Below, in pieces: positions 1 to 10,028 of a DNA stretch of 59,877 bases. Under the pieces are notes generated by a model that searched no databases, was not told the origin of the DNA, and saw only the letters and a list, made by a program, of their open reading frames with translations. The DNA comes from Candidatus Nanopelagicales bacterium (GTDB lineage Bacteria > Actinomycetota > Actinomycetes > S36-B12 > UBA5976), in contig JALQVI010000003.1 in NCBI GenBank assembly GCA_023260395.1, forward strand, positions 1 to 59,877, read 5' to 3'. The position numbers and the translations under genes are program-made. How positions within the stretch are numbered: position 1 is the stretch's first letter; each line of letters begins with the position of its first letter.

Positions 1-2
1 TT

Positions 3-929
3 GGGCAAGAAAGTTTCACCCCAGGTTTTCAAATTTCGCAGCGCGCTGATTATTTTGAGGCCGAAGTCGGGCTTGAAACCACTTTGCGTCGACCAATCAT
101 CAACACACGCGATGAACCACATGCAAATCCAGAAGATTTCAGGCGCCTTCACGTCATCGTGGGTGACGCCAATATGTCGCAGAAGGCAACGTACCTAAAA
201 CTTGGTACCACTTCACTTGTGTTGAGCATGATCGAGGCTGGTTTCCTGAAACATGATCTAGAGCTTCGTGATCCTGTGGCAGCGATGCATCAAGTGAGTC
301 ACGATGTTAATTTTGGTCGACTCCTAGAACTTCGCAATGGTAAGACAATCAGTGCACTCGACATTCAAGAGATGTACATCGATGCTGCAACTCGTTTTGT
401 TGAATCATCGGGTACCGGCGATGACATGACGCTCGATGTGTTGAACAATTGGACCAGAGTGGTTAACACATTACGCACGGACAGAATGTCACTGGCTAAT
501 GAAGTCGACTGGATTCTTAAATATTCAATTCTTGAGGGCTATCGAAATCGCGACAACGCGTCGTGGACAGACCCTCGTTTGGCGGCGGTTGATATTCAGT
601 ATTCAGATTTACGCCCGGAAAAAGGTCTTGGTTTGGTGATGCAACGAAAAGGTCGCCAAGATGTCATGTTTACGGACGACGAAATTCGAGCCGCAATGGT
701 TACCCCGCCAGCCGACACGCGAGCATATTTCCGCGGCATGTGTATGAAGACGTATTCAGACCAAGTTGCAGCTGCTTCCTGGGATTCGGTTATTTTCGAT
801 CTTGGACCCGAAGAGCCGTTACATCGCATTCCAACGAACGATGCACGAAAAGGAACGAAATCAACTGCTGGCGTTCTTTTTGATCAATCATTGAGTGCGC
901 CAGAATTCGTTGCCGCCTTAACTTCCTAA
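3..929 (+). CDS. dop: Pup deamidase/depupylase Dop (5' part outside window)
   Basis: Frame is open from base 3 ([41 protein letters not shown]); [17 protein letters not shown] and TRAYFRG...ASWDSVIFD motifs; lies just upstream of pup. Confidence 0.95.
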   Translation, partial: GQESFTPGFQISQRADYFEAEVGLETTLRRPIINTRDEPHANPEDFRRLHVIVGDANMSQKATYLKLGTTSLVLSMIEAGFLKHDLELRDPVAAMHQVSHDVNFGRLLELRNGKTISALDIQEMYIDAATRFVESSGTGDDMTLDVLNNWTRVVNTLRTDRMSLANEVDWILKYSILEGYRNRDNASWTDPRLAAVDIQYSDLRPEKGLGLVMQRKGRQDVMFTDDEIRAAMVTPPADTRAYFRGMCMKTYSDQVAAASWDSVIFDLGPEEPLHRIPTNDARKGTKSTAGVLFDQSLSAPEFVAALTS

Positions 930-972
930 ATTTGCGTTGTGGCATAGGCTACAAACATCGAGAGGTGAATAC

Positions 973-1155
973 ATGTCAGAGCAACATTTTGATAGTCAAA
1001 GCACGAGTCGCAACGATGCCGAACAGGCTGAAGTTGCTCCAGTTGTGCGAGAAAGCGCCGTCGACATTACTGACCTGCTTGATGAAATTGATGGCGTACT
1101 TGAACAGAACGCTGAAGAGTTCGTCAAAAGCTTTGTGCAAAAGGGTGGCGAGTAG
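973..1155 (+). CDS. pup: Prokaryotic ubiquitin-like protein Pup (60 aa, C-terminal GGE)
   Basis: DLLDEIDGVLEQNAEEFVKSFVQKGGE; ATG at 973 after GAGG RBS (the TTG at 937 is unlikely). Confidence 0.97.
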   Translation: MSEQHFDSQSTSRNDAEQAEVAPVVRESAVDITDLLDEIDGVLEQNAEEFVKSFVQKGGE

Positions 1156-1164
1156 TCGCGCATT

Positions 1165-2541
1165 ATGGATCGTCGAATCTTTGGAATTGAGACTGAGTAC
1201 GGTGTCACATGCACTTTCGAGGGTCAGCGACGTCTAACTCCTGACGAAGTTGCGCGATACCTGTTTCGCCGAGTCGTAGCTTGGGGTCGCAGCAGCAATG
1301 TTTTTCTCACCAACGGTTCACGTCTTTATTTGGACGTCGGTAGTCATCCTGAGTATGCAACTGCAGAATGTGATGACATTCGAGAACTCGTTATTCACGA
1401 TCGTGCCGGCGAACGTATCGTCGAAGGTTTAGTCGAAGATGCTCAGCTGCGCCTTGCCGAAGAGGAAATCGAAGGCGAAATTCACCTTTTTAAGAACAAC
1501 ACTGACTCAGGTGGCAACTCATACGGTTGTCATGAAAACTTCTTGATTCGTCGTCGTGCTGATTATTTGGACCAGATCGAAGCCTTACTTCCATTTCTGA
1601 TTACGCGTCAGCTTATTTGTGGTGCTGGCAAGGTGCTCACAACTCCACGCGGAACGATTTATTCGCTTTCCCAACGCGCTGACCATATGTGGGAAGGCGT
1701 ATCGAGTGCAACAACTCGATCGCGTCCCATCATTAATACGCGTGATGAACCTCATGCGGATGCCGAAAACTTTCGACGCCTTCACGTCATCGTTGGCGAT
1801 TCAAACATGTGCGAAATGACCACGATGGTCAAAGTTGCCTCTATGGATTTGGTGTTGCGTACCCTTGAAGCAAATGCGCTGAAAAAGGATCTCACTTTAG
1901 AAAATCCAATTCGAGCGATTCGCGATGTTTCACACGATCTGACCGGACAAGCACAAGTGATGTTGAGCAATGGAAAGTCCATGACGGCTTTGGAAATGCA
2001 ACGTGAATTTCTGGGAATGGTTCAGGCGTTCGTTGCCCTAGGCGATACTGAACTTTCACCAACTCACGTACAAGCGCTTGAATTGTGGGAGCGTACTCTT
2101 ACCGCCGTTGAAACAGGCAATCATTCCTTAATTGAACGTGACATCGATTGGGCTATCAAAAAGCGGCTCATTGAGGCATATCAGTCCCGTCACAATCTTG
2201 AACTAGATTCGGCTCGCATTGCCCAAGTTGATTTGATGTATCACGACGTCACGCGAAGTCGTGGCTTATTCAACATGATGGAACGAAATGGTGCGGTAAA
2301 CCGTATCTCTACCGACATTGAAGTTTTTGCAGCCAAATCACTTCCGCCACAGAACACTCGAGCGAAATTGCGTGGTGACTTTATTGCCGCCGCACAGGCT
2401 GCTGGAAAAGACATTTCGGTGGATTGGGTTCACCTCAAAATGAATGACCAAACTCAACGAACTGTGCTGTGTAAGGACCCGTTTGCCAATGTGGACGAGC
2501 GCGTCGAAAAGCTCATCAACTCAATGAACGACGTAGAGTAA
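1165..2541 (+). CDS. pafA: Pup--protein ligase PafA
   Basis: [48 protein letters not shown]...VLCKDPF. Confidence 0.97.
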   Translation: MDRRIFGIETEYGVTCTFEGQRRLTPDEVARYLFRRVVAWGRSSNVFLTNGSRLYLDVGSHPEYATAECDDIRELVIHDRAGERIVEGLVEDAQLRLAEEEIEGEIHLFKNNTDSGGNSYGCHENFLIRRRADYLDQIEALLPFLITRQLICGAGKVLTTPRGTIYSLSQRADHMWEGVSSATTRSRPIINTRDEPHADAENFRRLHVIVGDSNMCEMTTMVKVASMDLVLRTLEANALKKDLTLENPIRAIRDVSHDLTGQAQVMLSNGKSMTALEMQREFLGMVQAFVALGDTELSPTHVQALELWERTLTAVETGNHSLIERDIDWAIKKRLIEAYQSRHNLELDSARIAQVDLMYHDVTRSRGLFNMMERNGAVNRISTDIEVFAAKSLPPQNTRAKLRGDFIAAAQAAGKDISVDWVHLKMNDQTQRTVLCKDPFANVDERVEKLINSMNDVE

Positions 2542-2545
2542 AACC

Positions 2546-3148
2546 ATGCGTAAAGTCATTCTTTCCCTTGCCGCAGTGTGCCTATTGGCTGGTTGCGCAA
2601 CATCACAGCGTGCCGGTTCAGACACCGCAAGCGCAACACCTTCCAATTCAGTGTCGCAGGAGCCAACAACTTCCGCTTCACCGATTGTTAGCGAATCGCC
2701 CACACCAAGCACTTCGCCAAGCCAGGCTTCAACAAATGGTGATGTCGTAGTTGGTCCAGCAACCGTTGGCGGAAAACTTGGTGCCGAGCCCACAGTTGTT
2801 ATTGACACTACGGTTGCACCGGCTAAGTCACTTGTCATCAAAGACATCGCAGTTGGTACGGGCAAGTCAGTCAAAGTAGGTGGCACTGTTACGGCGCACT
2901 ACGTAGGCTACGGCGCTGCAACAGGAAACATGTTTGACGGATCTTGGTCGCGCAACGAACCCGTAACTTTTCCACTCGAAGGCGTCATCCTCGGTTGGCA
3001 AAATGGATTAGTCGGAATGAAAGAAGGCGGTCGACGCGTCTTGGTGATTCCTGCTGATCAAGGCTATGGCGACAACCCTCCTGCGGGAAGCGGAATTGAG
3101 CCTGGCGAAACACTTGTTTTTGTTGTTGATCTATTAGCAACTCAGTAA
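2546..3148 (+). CDS. FKBP-type peptidyl-prolyl isomerase, lipoprotein
   Basis: Signal peptide with lipobox LLAGC, Ser/Thr/Pro linker, FKBP core HYVG...FDGSW...VILGW..GL.GMKEGGRR...GYG...LVFVVDL. Confidence 0.9.
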   Translation: MRKVILSLAAVCLLAGCATSQRAGSDTASATPSNSVSQEPTTSASPIVSESPTPSTSPSQASTNGDVVVGPATVGGKLGAEPTVVIDTTVAPAKSLVIKDIAVGTGKSVKVGGTVTAHYVGYGAATGNMFDGSWSRNEPVTFPLEGVILGWQNGLVGMKEGGRRVLVIPADQGYGDNPPAGSGIEPGETLVFVVDLLATQ

Positions 3149-3173
3149 TAACTCACTACGTAAAAGAGGAATC

Positions 3174-3533
3174 ATGGAAGCACCAGAAATTGAATTTCAC
3201 GAAGGTCCAGCACCAACAGAATTAGTCATCGAAGACATCACAGTCGGCGATGGCGCAACTGCTTCAGCTGGTGACAAAGTTACTGTCCATTACTTGGGCG
3301 TTGAATTTGATTCCGGTGAGCAGTTCGATTCATCGTGGGACCGCGGCGAATCGATCGAATTTCCTTTGCGTGGATTGATTGCGGGTTGGCAAGAAGGCAT
3401 TCCAGGAATGGCAGTTGGCGGTCGTCGCAAGCTCATCATTCCACCAGCCTTGGCTTACGGTCCTGCAGGCGCTGGACACCGTTTGTCCGGCAAGACACTT
3501 ATTTTCGTTATTGATCTCATTGCAGTTGGCTAA
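3174..3533 (+). CDS. FKBP-type peptidyl-prolyl isomerase, cytoplasmic
   Basis: HYLGV...FDSSWDRG...LIAGWQEGI.GM.VGGRRKLIIPP.LAYG; AGAGG RBS. Confidence 0.93.
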   Translation: MEAPEIEFHEGPAPTELVIEDITVGDGATASAGDKVTVHYLGVEFDSGEQFDSSWDRGESIEFPLRGLIAGWQEGIPGMAVGGRRKLIIPPALAYGPAGAGHRLSGKTLIFVIDLIAVG

Positions 3534-3536
3534 TTC

Positions 3537-4487
3537 ATGACCGCGGCACGCACTGAACGCTTGATGGACGTTTTGTTCGTCTTGCTCAATGCCTCGCAAC
3601 CTTTATTGCGAGAGCAGATTCGTCAGCGCGTGCCAGGTTATGACCAGGGGAGCGATGAGGCTTTCCAGCGAATGTTCGAACGCGACAAAGATGCGCTTCG
3701 GGATATGGGTGTGCCAATCGAGTTAAAGAACTTTGATGCATTGGTTGACGAAGCTCAAGGTTATTGGATCGACCGCAAGACATGGCTCTTGCCTGAGTTG
3801 CACTTATCGCAGTCCGAGCGATTACTCATCACTCTTGCCGCATCGGCATGGGAAGATCAACAGATTTCATCTGTTGCACGGCAGGCTGCACATGGCATTG
3901 GCACAATGGCGAATAGGCCATTAGATGCACCAGACATGCGATTTGCCGTTGGTCAAACAACACTTGCTGAGTTATTTTCTTCAATCAATTCAAAGAATGT
4001 TGTTGAGTTCGAATATCAAAGCAAGAGCTCTGGGACTGTCAGTGTGCGCACCGTTCAACCATGGCGGCTGTTACTCACGAATGGAGCTTGGTATCTCGTT
4101 GGTTATGACGAAGAACGTCAGGACCTTCGAACATTCAGGCTTAGTCGTATTCTTGGCGCTGTTACCGTCACTAACCGTGTGGCGGATCAAGAAGTACCTG
4201 AAGATCTAGATACCCGAAAGTTAGTTGAAGCCTGGAGCGTTGATCCGGCTCATGCTAACCAAGCGATACTCGGTATTAAGCCTGGAACGTGCCCGAATTT
4301 GCGCCTTCGTTCTTCAAGTATTGATATTGCTGACGACGTCGATATGGTGAAGATTTCCTATGGACATCAAGCCCGCTTAGTACGTGAAATTGCTGCTGTG
4401 TGTAATGACGTTGTGTCGATTGAGCCACAATCGTTGCGCGACGAGGTGCGAAATTACGTTTCGCGAGTTCTCGAGGTGCATTCATGA
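3537..4487 (+). CDS. pafB: WYL-domain transcriptional regulator PafB
   Basis: RTERL, AFQRMFERDKDALR.MG, WYLVGYDEERQDLRTFRLSRI; follows pafA. Confidence 0.9.
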   Translation: MTAARTERLMDVLFVLLNASQPLLREQIRQRVPGYDQGSDEAFQRMFERDKDALRDMGVPIELKNFDALVDEAQGYWIDRKTWLLPELHLSQSERLLITLAASAWEDQQISSVARQAAHGIGTMANRPLDAPDMRFAVGQTTLAELFSSINSKNVVEFEYQSKSSGTVSVRTVQPWRLLLTNGAWYLVGYDEERQDLRTFRLSRILGAVTVTNRVADQEVPEDLDTRKLVEAWSVDPAHANQAILGIKPGTCPNLRLRSSSIDIADDVDMVKISYGHQARLVREIAAVCNDVVSIEPQSLRDEVRNYVSRVLEVHS

Positions 4488-5386
4488 ACCACATCGAGTT
4501 ATTGATTCGGTTGTTGCCTTGGTTAGTTTCACATCCTGGAGTGTCTGCAGAAGTTGTTGCTAAGGAATTTGGCATTACCTCAAGAGAAGTTTTGAAACTT
4601 CTTGATCTTTTGCAATATACCGGACCCGGTCAGTACGGCGGTGAACTCGTTGATGTTCATTTCGGTGCGGGTGAGTCAATTCATGTCATTGATGCCCAAC
4701 GTTTTGACCGTCCGATAAGGATGAGCGGCGCCGAAGCATCAACTCTTTTGGCAGGGCTTACTTATCTTGAACAGATGCCCGCTTTGGCTGACTCAGTTGA
4801 GGTCACGCAACTCATAGAAAAAATCTCGAAGGCTTTAGACCCAGCACCCACTGTGGATGTAGTTACAAATGTTCGCGAACATGAATGCGTTGAATTAATC
4901 AAAGCTGCAATTGAGTCAAACCTGCAAGTTGCAATTGACTATGCCTCAGGTAGCGCGACAAACGCTTCGCATCGAACGATTGAGCCTAAAGTTCTTTTAA
5001 CTCGAGATGATTTAACCTACGTTCGAGCTTGGTGTCACGAAGCTGAAGCGCTGCGAACTTTCCGAATCGATCGAATCGCCCACGCTGAAATTTTGAGTGT
5101 TCTGCAAAGTGTGGAAGTTGAATCAACAGAACTTGCTCGCAGTACCGATTCCTGGATTGCGGTAACCGTTGAACTAGATCGCGAACATCTAGGTGAATTC
5201 GACAACGACACGGTGAAATCAGTTACCGAAATAGAAAATGGCCGATTGCGGGTGGAATCCAAGGTGGCAAATCTTGACTGGTTTGTCAGTGTTGTGCTGG
5301 CCGCCGGTGGCGCTATCAAGGTTGTCGAGCCTGAAGAGGCGCGTGAACTGGTCCTGCATCGTGCCAGAACTTGGCTCAGTAGGTAG
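4484..5386 (+). CDS. pafC: WYL-domain transcriptional regulator PafC
   Basis: LLPWLVSHPGVS, YVRAWCHEAEALRTFRIDRI; ATGA overlap with pafB. Confidence 0.9.
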   Translation: MNHIELLIRLLPWLVSHPGVSAEVVAKEFGITSREVLKLLDLLQYTGPGQYGGELVDVHFGAGESIHVIDAQRFDRPIRMSGAEASTLLAGLTYLEQMPALADSVEVTQLIEKISKALDPAPTVDVVTNVREHECVELIKAAIESNLQVAIDYASGSATNASHRTIEPKVLLTRDDLTYVRAWCHEAEALRTFRIDRIAHAEILSVLQSVEVESTELARSTDSWIAVTVELDREHLGEFDNDTVKSVTEIENGRLRVESKVANLDWFVSVVLAAGGAIKVVEPEEARELVLHRARTWLSR

Positions 5387-5432
5387 ATTGGCAATGGACT
5401 AGACTAGGGACTAGTCGTTGATAGAGGTTGAT

Positions 5433-5624
5433 ATGAAAGCGTTATTCGATTCACCAGCAGCATTAATTCTGCTTCTCATCGTCATCGTTTTGTTCGGAGC
5501 CAAGCGACTTCCAGATGCTGCACGTAGTGTTGGTCGCTCAATTCGCATCTTTAAGTCGGAAATGGAATCAGGCGACAAAGTGAATTCTGACGACGAAAAA
5601 ACTAACAACAACGCCTCTCAGTAA
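5433..5624 (+). CDS. tatA: Twin-arginine translocase subunit TatA
   Basis: TM helix then [27 protein letters not shown] 5433 after AGAGG. Confidence 0.95.
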   Translation: MKALFDSPAALILLLIVIVLFGAKRLPDAARSVGRSIRIFKSEMESGDKVNSDDEKTNNNASQ

Positions 5625-5637
5625 TTTCTTCAGCACA

Positions 5638-6444
5638 ATGAGTGCCGCAACTCAAAACGCATCGGCGATGCCGATTTCCGAGCATTTGAACGATTTACGA
5701 AAACGAATCGTGCGCAGCTCGTTAGCGATACTTATTGCCGCAGTTTCAGTGTGGAATTTCTATCCGTACTTCTTCGAGATTATTCGTCGACCCTTTGATC
5801 TAATCCACGATAAACATCCCAATGCAATTTTGGCTTTGCCAGGTGTTACGAGTGGTTTCTCGATGCAATTGCGGGTGACGTTAGCAGTTGCCGTTGTAAT
5901 CTCAAGTCCCATGTGGCTGTATCAAATGTGGCGTTTCATCGCCCCGGGTTTACACGCACATGAACGTCGTTGGGCCTACGTATTTACCGCAGTTGCTGTT
6001 CCACTGTTTGCATCTGGCGTGGCGTTAGCGTATTTCGTTATGCCACAAATGTTGGATGTGTTGTTTCAGTTCACGCCGGACGATGTTTCAAATGTGACGA
6101 GCGTTGAAAGCTACATCAGTTTTTTGCTGCAAATTGTTGTTTTCTTTGGTGTGGGTTTTCTCTTGCCGTTACTGCTTGTTATGTTGAACTTTGCCGGCAT
6201 CCTTACCGGACAACGCATTCGAACGTCATGGCGTTGGATTATTCTTGGCAGCTTTATGTTTGGTGCAATTGCCACTCCCAATGGCGATCCCGTCGGTATG
6301 ACGGTGATTGCGGTTCCGATGATTGCTCTCACGTGTGTAGCAATGGGCATTGCTCTGGCAAACGACAAACGTCGGTTGAAGAAGCAGGAAAATCAGGGCA
6401 CAAATCAGTGGTCTGACGACGAGGCATCACCACTGGATGCCTAG
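5638..6444 (+). CDS. tatC: Twin-arginine translocase subunit TatC
   Basis: MPISEHLNDLRKR, WLYQMWRFIAPGL..HERR, ATPNGDP; multiple TM segments. Confidence 0.95.
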   Translation: MSAATQNASAMPISEHLNDLRKRIVRSSLAILIAAVSVWNFYPYFFEIIRRPFDLIHDKHPNAILALPGVTSGFSMQLRVTLAVAVVISSPMWLYQMWRFIAPGLHAHERRWAYVFTAVAVPLFASGVALAYFVMPQMLDVLFQFTPDDVSNVTSVESYISFLLQIVVFFGVGFLLPLLLVMLNFAGILTGQRIRTSWRWIILGSFMFGAIATPNGDPVGMTVIAVPMIALTCVAMGIALANDKRRLKKQENQGTNQWSDDEASPLDA

Positions 6445-7320
6445 ATGTTGTTACTTCTTGTAAAACCTGCGGCTCGGAGACGCAAGAAATATTCGCTAGT
6501 TGTAGAACAACTTGTTGCTCAAGGTGCAATTGAGTTAGTTAGCCATGACGCGCAATTTTTGCGGCAAGAAGTTAGTAATTACATTGCTCAATTCAGCGAG
6601 CCAGTAACGGTAGTTGCCTGTGGGGGAGATGGCACAGCACATCTTCTCATTAACGCCGTATTTGATTTGCCGGTGACTTTTGCTGTTGTTCCGATGGGTA
6701 CAGGAAACGATTTTTCACGTTACCTCGGAATCAAGAACCTCTCGCAGGCCTTACAGGTTTTAGCGGATGGCGAATCTTCGTCAATGGATGTTGGGTCAAT
6801 CAATCATTCAGCAGGAATGCGCTACTTCATTGGTATTGCTTCCTGTGGGTTTGATGCCCAAGTTAATGAACGTGCGAATAGTTATCGTGGTCCAAAAGGT
6901 ACTGCGAAATATGTGGCTTCGCTCATTGTGGAGTTGAAAAATCTTGCGCCGTTGGAGATCCAGATCAGGAACGGTCAGGATTTGCAGGACCATCGAGTTA
7001 CTTTGCTTGCCGTCGCAAACACGTCGTCTTATGGCGGTGGCATGAAGGTTGCGCCAGACGCAGATGCTTTCGATGGCAATTTAAACGTCGTTCACGTTGC
7101 GGAAGTATCGAGATTGACATTATTGAAAGTGTTCCCGAAAGTGTTTCGTGGCTCCCACGTGACACATCCTGCGGTCACCATTACGAGTGCCAAGGCACTT
7201 GGTGTCGTAGGAAACGATTTTCCAATTTATGCTGATGGCGAGTTTGTTGGACGCGGTCCAGCAAGTTTCAAGGTTCATCCCGCAGCTCTTCAAGTGTTGC
7301 ATCCTGCACGAGGCCAATAA
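6445..7320 (+). CDS. Diacylglycerol/lipid kinase family (YegS-like) protein
   Basis: GGDGT, PMGTGNDF, GFDA.V, N..SYGGG, YADGE motifs. Confidence 0.88.
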   Translation: MLLLLVKPAARRRKKYSLVVEQLVAQGAIELVSHDAQFLRQEVSNYIAQFSEPVTVVACGGDGTAHLLINAVFDLPVTFAVVPMGTGNDFSRYLGIKNLSQALQVLADGESSSMDVGSINHSAGMRYFIGIASCGFDAQVNERANSYRGPKGTAKYVASLIVELKNLAPLEIQIRNGQDLQDHRVTLLAVANTSSYGGGMKVAPDADAFDGNLNVVHVAEVSRLTLLKVFPKVFRGSHVTHPAVTITSAKALGVVGNDFPIYADGEFVGRGPASFKVHPAALQVLHPARGQ

Positions 7321-7337
7321 CCGCTTAGTCTTAACGT

Positions 7338-10028
7338 ATGGAAGATTCGCCCGCTGAACGGTTTGCAGCTGCAAAACGACGAAATGCTCAGGCGAAGTCG
7401 CTTCTTGGTGAATTTCAGGATTCTTTGCCTTATCGTCTTGATGAATTTCAAATCGAAGGTGCACAAGCAATTCAGGACGGACACAGTGTCCTCGTCGCGG
7501 CGCCAACCAGTGCTGGTAAAACAATGGTTGGGCAATTTGCGGCCTATTTTGCGCTGGCCAAGCAGACTCGATGTTTCTATACGACACCAATTAAAGCTCT
7601 TTCAAATCAGAAGTTTCGTGAGTTCAGTGAAATCTTCGGGGCCGAATCAGTCGGGCTTTTGACTGGAGATAACAACATCAACGGGGACGCTCCGATTGTC
7701 GTTATGACGACTGAGGTGCTTCGAAATATGTTGTACGAAAACTCGCAAGGTTTACGTGATCTATCACATGTGGTTATGGATGAAGTCCACTATCTGGCCG
7801 ATCGTTCTCGTGGCGCGGTGTGGGAAGAAGTCATTATTCACTTACCTGCATCAGTTTCGGTTGTGGCTTTATCTGCCACTGTTTCCAATGCTGAAGAATT
7901 CGGTGATTGGCTTCGTGCTGTTCGTGGGAACTTAGAGATTGTTGTTGAGGAACATCGACCAACACCGCTGCATCAACATGTCGTGGCAGGCCGAGACATG
8001 TACGACTTGTTTACTGATTCTCGATTATTAAAACTCAATCCAGAACTTGCGCGGATAGCTCGTAATGAGCGAACAAACCCGCAGGGGCGTGGCCGCTTCA
8101 TGAGCCGTTACACACCAAGTCGCGCAGCTGTGATTGAGCAATTGGCGCGTGCTGACATGTTGCCTTGTATTACCTTTATTTTTTCTCGGGCAGCATGTGA
8201 CGATGCGGTTCAACAATGTCTGAGTTCTGGTTTACATCTAACGACCCGTGATGAAGTGTTGAAAATACGCGGCATTGTTGATGCGGCATTTGCCGAGGCT
8301 GATGTTGAAGAGTTGCGCGTTCTTGGATATAGCACGTGGCTCGAGGGGTTGGAACGTGGAATTGCATCGCACCACGCCGGTATGGTGCCAGCGTTCAAGG
8401 AAATCGTTGAGCAGCTGTTTCAGCAAAATTTAATCAAGGTCGTGTTTGCGACAGAAACGCTAGCTCTTGGCATCAATATGCCAGCGAGAAGTGTGGTCCT
8501 GGAAAAGCTCACAAAATGGAATGGCACCGTGCATGCTCCAATCACGCCAGGGGAGTACACCCAATTAACGGGCCGAGCGGGACGTCGTGGAATCGATACT
8601 CAAGGTCACGCTGTCGTTGTCTGGCACCAGGGCATGGATCCCAACGGCTTAGCTGGTTTGGCCAGCACACGCACATATCCATTGCGCTCAAGTTTCAGGC
8701 CGTCTTACAACATGGCAATCAACTTGATTGGCAAAGTGGGCACTCATAAAGCACGTGAATTGCTGGAATCTTCGTTTGCACAATTTCAAGCTGATAAATC
8801 AGTCGTGGGCTTGGCTACGCAGTTGCGGCGAAGCGAAGAAGCTCGAGAAGGATACGAAGAAGCCACGCAATGTCATCTCGGCAACTTTGAAGAATATTTC
8901 AATTTGCGTCGAGAATTGTCCCGGCTAGAAAAAGACACTGCGCGCGATGGCGTTCGAGAACGTCGTTTTAATAACGTCACTTTTCTCAATGGCTTAGTCC
9001 GTGGTGACGTCATAGTGGTTGATAGCCATAGGCGCACCAGTGTCCCTTATGTCGTTTTAGATGAAGCAAGAGATTTCGAGGATCCGCGTCCTCGGGTCAT
9101 GTCGATCAACAAGGAAGTCCGTCGACTTGCTTACAGCGATTTAAGTGACGGTGGGCGAGTGCTTGGCAGCGTCCGCATTCCACCAATGTTTGATTCAAGG
9201 GCTGCAAAGAGCAAACAATGGCTAGTTGATCAGATGAAGAAGTTTGCCGCTCGCGATCACGCGCCAGAGCGTAAATCAAAGTCGAGCGAATCTCGTAACG
9301 ACATTGAAATTTCTCGTTTGCGAAAAGCGATGCGTTCGCATCCGTGTCATGGTTGCAATGACCGTGAGGAACATGCGCGCTGGTATGACCGGATTTACAC
9401 CGCTGATAGGGAAATTCGTAAGCTCGAATCCAAAGTTGAGCAAAGGACGAGTTCAATCACTCGTGAATTCGATCGCATTTGCGATGTCTTGACGTATTTG
9501 GGTTACCTCACACGAATTGAGGACGGACATGCAGTCACGCCTCAAGGCGAAGTTCTGGGACGAATTTACAGTGAACGAGATTTGTTGGCTGCTGAGTGTC
9601 TCAGCAATGGACTGTGGTCCGAGTTAGAGCCGGATCAACTGGCGGCAGTGGCTTCGATGCTTGTCTTTGAATCGCGTCGTGACGATGACGGTGAACAGAT
9701 TCGTTTACCTGAAGGTGATTTGGGCGGAGTGATTGATGAAATGTATCGGTTATGGGGCGAACTCAAGGACATCGAAAATCAACATCGCACTGACTATTTG
9801 CCGGAGATGGATATCAACTTCGTTTGGCCAATGCTTCGTTGGTCTCGTGGTCAATCCATTACGAAGGTCCTGCGCAATAGCGATTTGCAGCCCGGTGATT
9901 TCGTGCGCTGGACCAAGATGGTGATTGATATGTTGAGCCAAATCAGCATGGCAACTGATGATGAAAAAGTTTCCCGAACAGCGCGACAGGCAATGAATAG
10001 TTTGGAACGAGGAATTGTTGCATGGTAA
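7338..10028 (+). CDS. helY: Ski2-like DEVH-box RNA helicase HelY
   Basis: APTSAGKT, TPIKALSNQK, MDEVHY, LSAT, ATETLALGINMPAR, QLTGRAGRRG, C-terminal GDFVRW. Confidence 0.93.
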   Translation: MEDSPAERFAAAKRRNAQAKSLLGEFQDSLPYRLDEFQIEGAQAIQDGHSVLVAAPTSAGKTMVGQFAAYFALAKQTRCFYTTPIKALSNQKFREFSEIFGAESVGLLTGDNNINGDAPIVVMTTEVLRNMLYENSQGLRDLSHVVMDEVHYLADRSRGAVWEEVIIHLPASVSVVALSATVSNAEEFGDWLRAVRGNLEIVVEEHRPTPLHQHVVAGRDMYDLFTDSRLLKLNPELARIARNERTNPQGRGRFMSRYTPSRAAVIEQLARADMLPCITFIFSRAACDDAVQQCLSSGLHLTTRDEVLKIRGIVDAAFAEADVEELRVLGYSTWLEGLERGIASHHAGMVPAFKEIVEQLFQQNLIKVVFATETLALGINMPARSVVLEKLTKWNGTVHAPITPGEYTQLTGRAGRRGIDTQGHAVVVWHQGMDPNGLAGLASTRTYPLRSSFRPSYNMAINLIGKVGTHKARELLESSFAQFQADKSVVGLATQLRRSEEAREGYEEATQCHLGNFEEYFNLRRELSRLEKDTARDGVRERRFNNVTFLNGLVRGDVIVVDSHRRTSVPYVVLDEARDFEDPRPRVMSINKEVRRLAYSDLSDGGRVLGSVRIPPMFDSRAAKSKQWLVDQMKKFAARDHAPERKSKSSESRNDIEISRLRKAMRSHPCHGCNDREEHARWYDRIYTADREIRKLESKVEQRTSSITREFDRICDVLTYLGYLTRIEDGHAVTPQGEVLGRIYSERDLLAAECLSNGLWSELEPDQLAAVASMLVFESRRDDDGEQIRLPEGDLGGVIDEMYRLWGELKDIENQHRTDYLPEMDINFVWPMLRWSRGQSITKVLRNSDLQPGDFVRWTKMVIDMLSQISMATDDEKVSRTARQAMNSLERGIVAW

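Noticed and set aside
84..1800. Similar sequence in dop and pafA ([12 protein letters not shown]...RRLHVIVGD)
   Set aside because: Expected paralogy of Dop and PafA, not a recent duplication
5397..5414. GACTAG repeated three times upstream of tatA
   Set aside because: Very short; adequately explained by a TAGACT -10 box and chance
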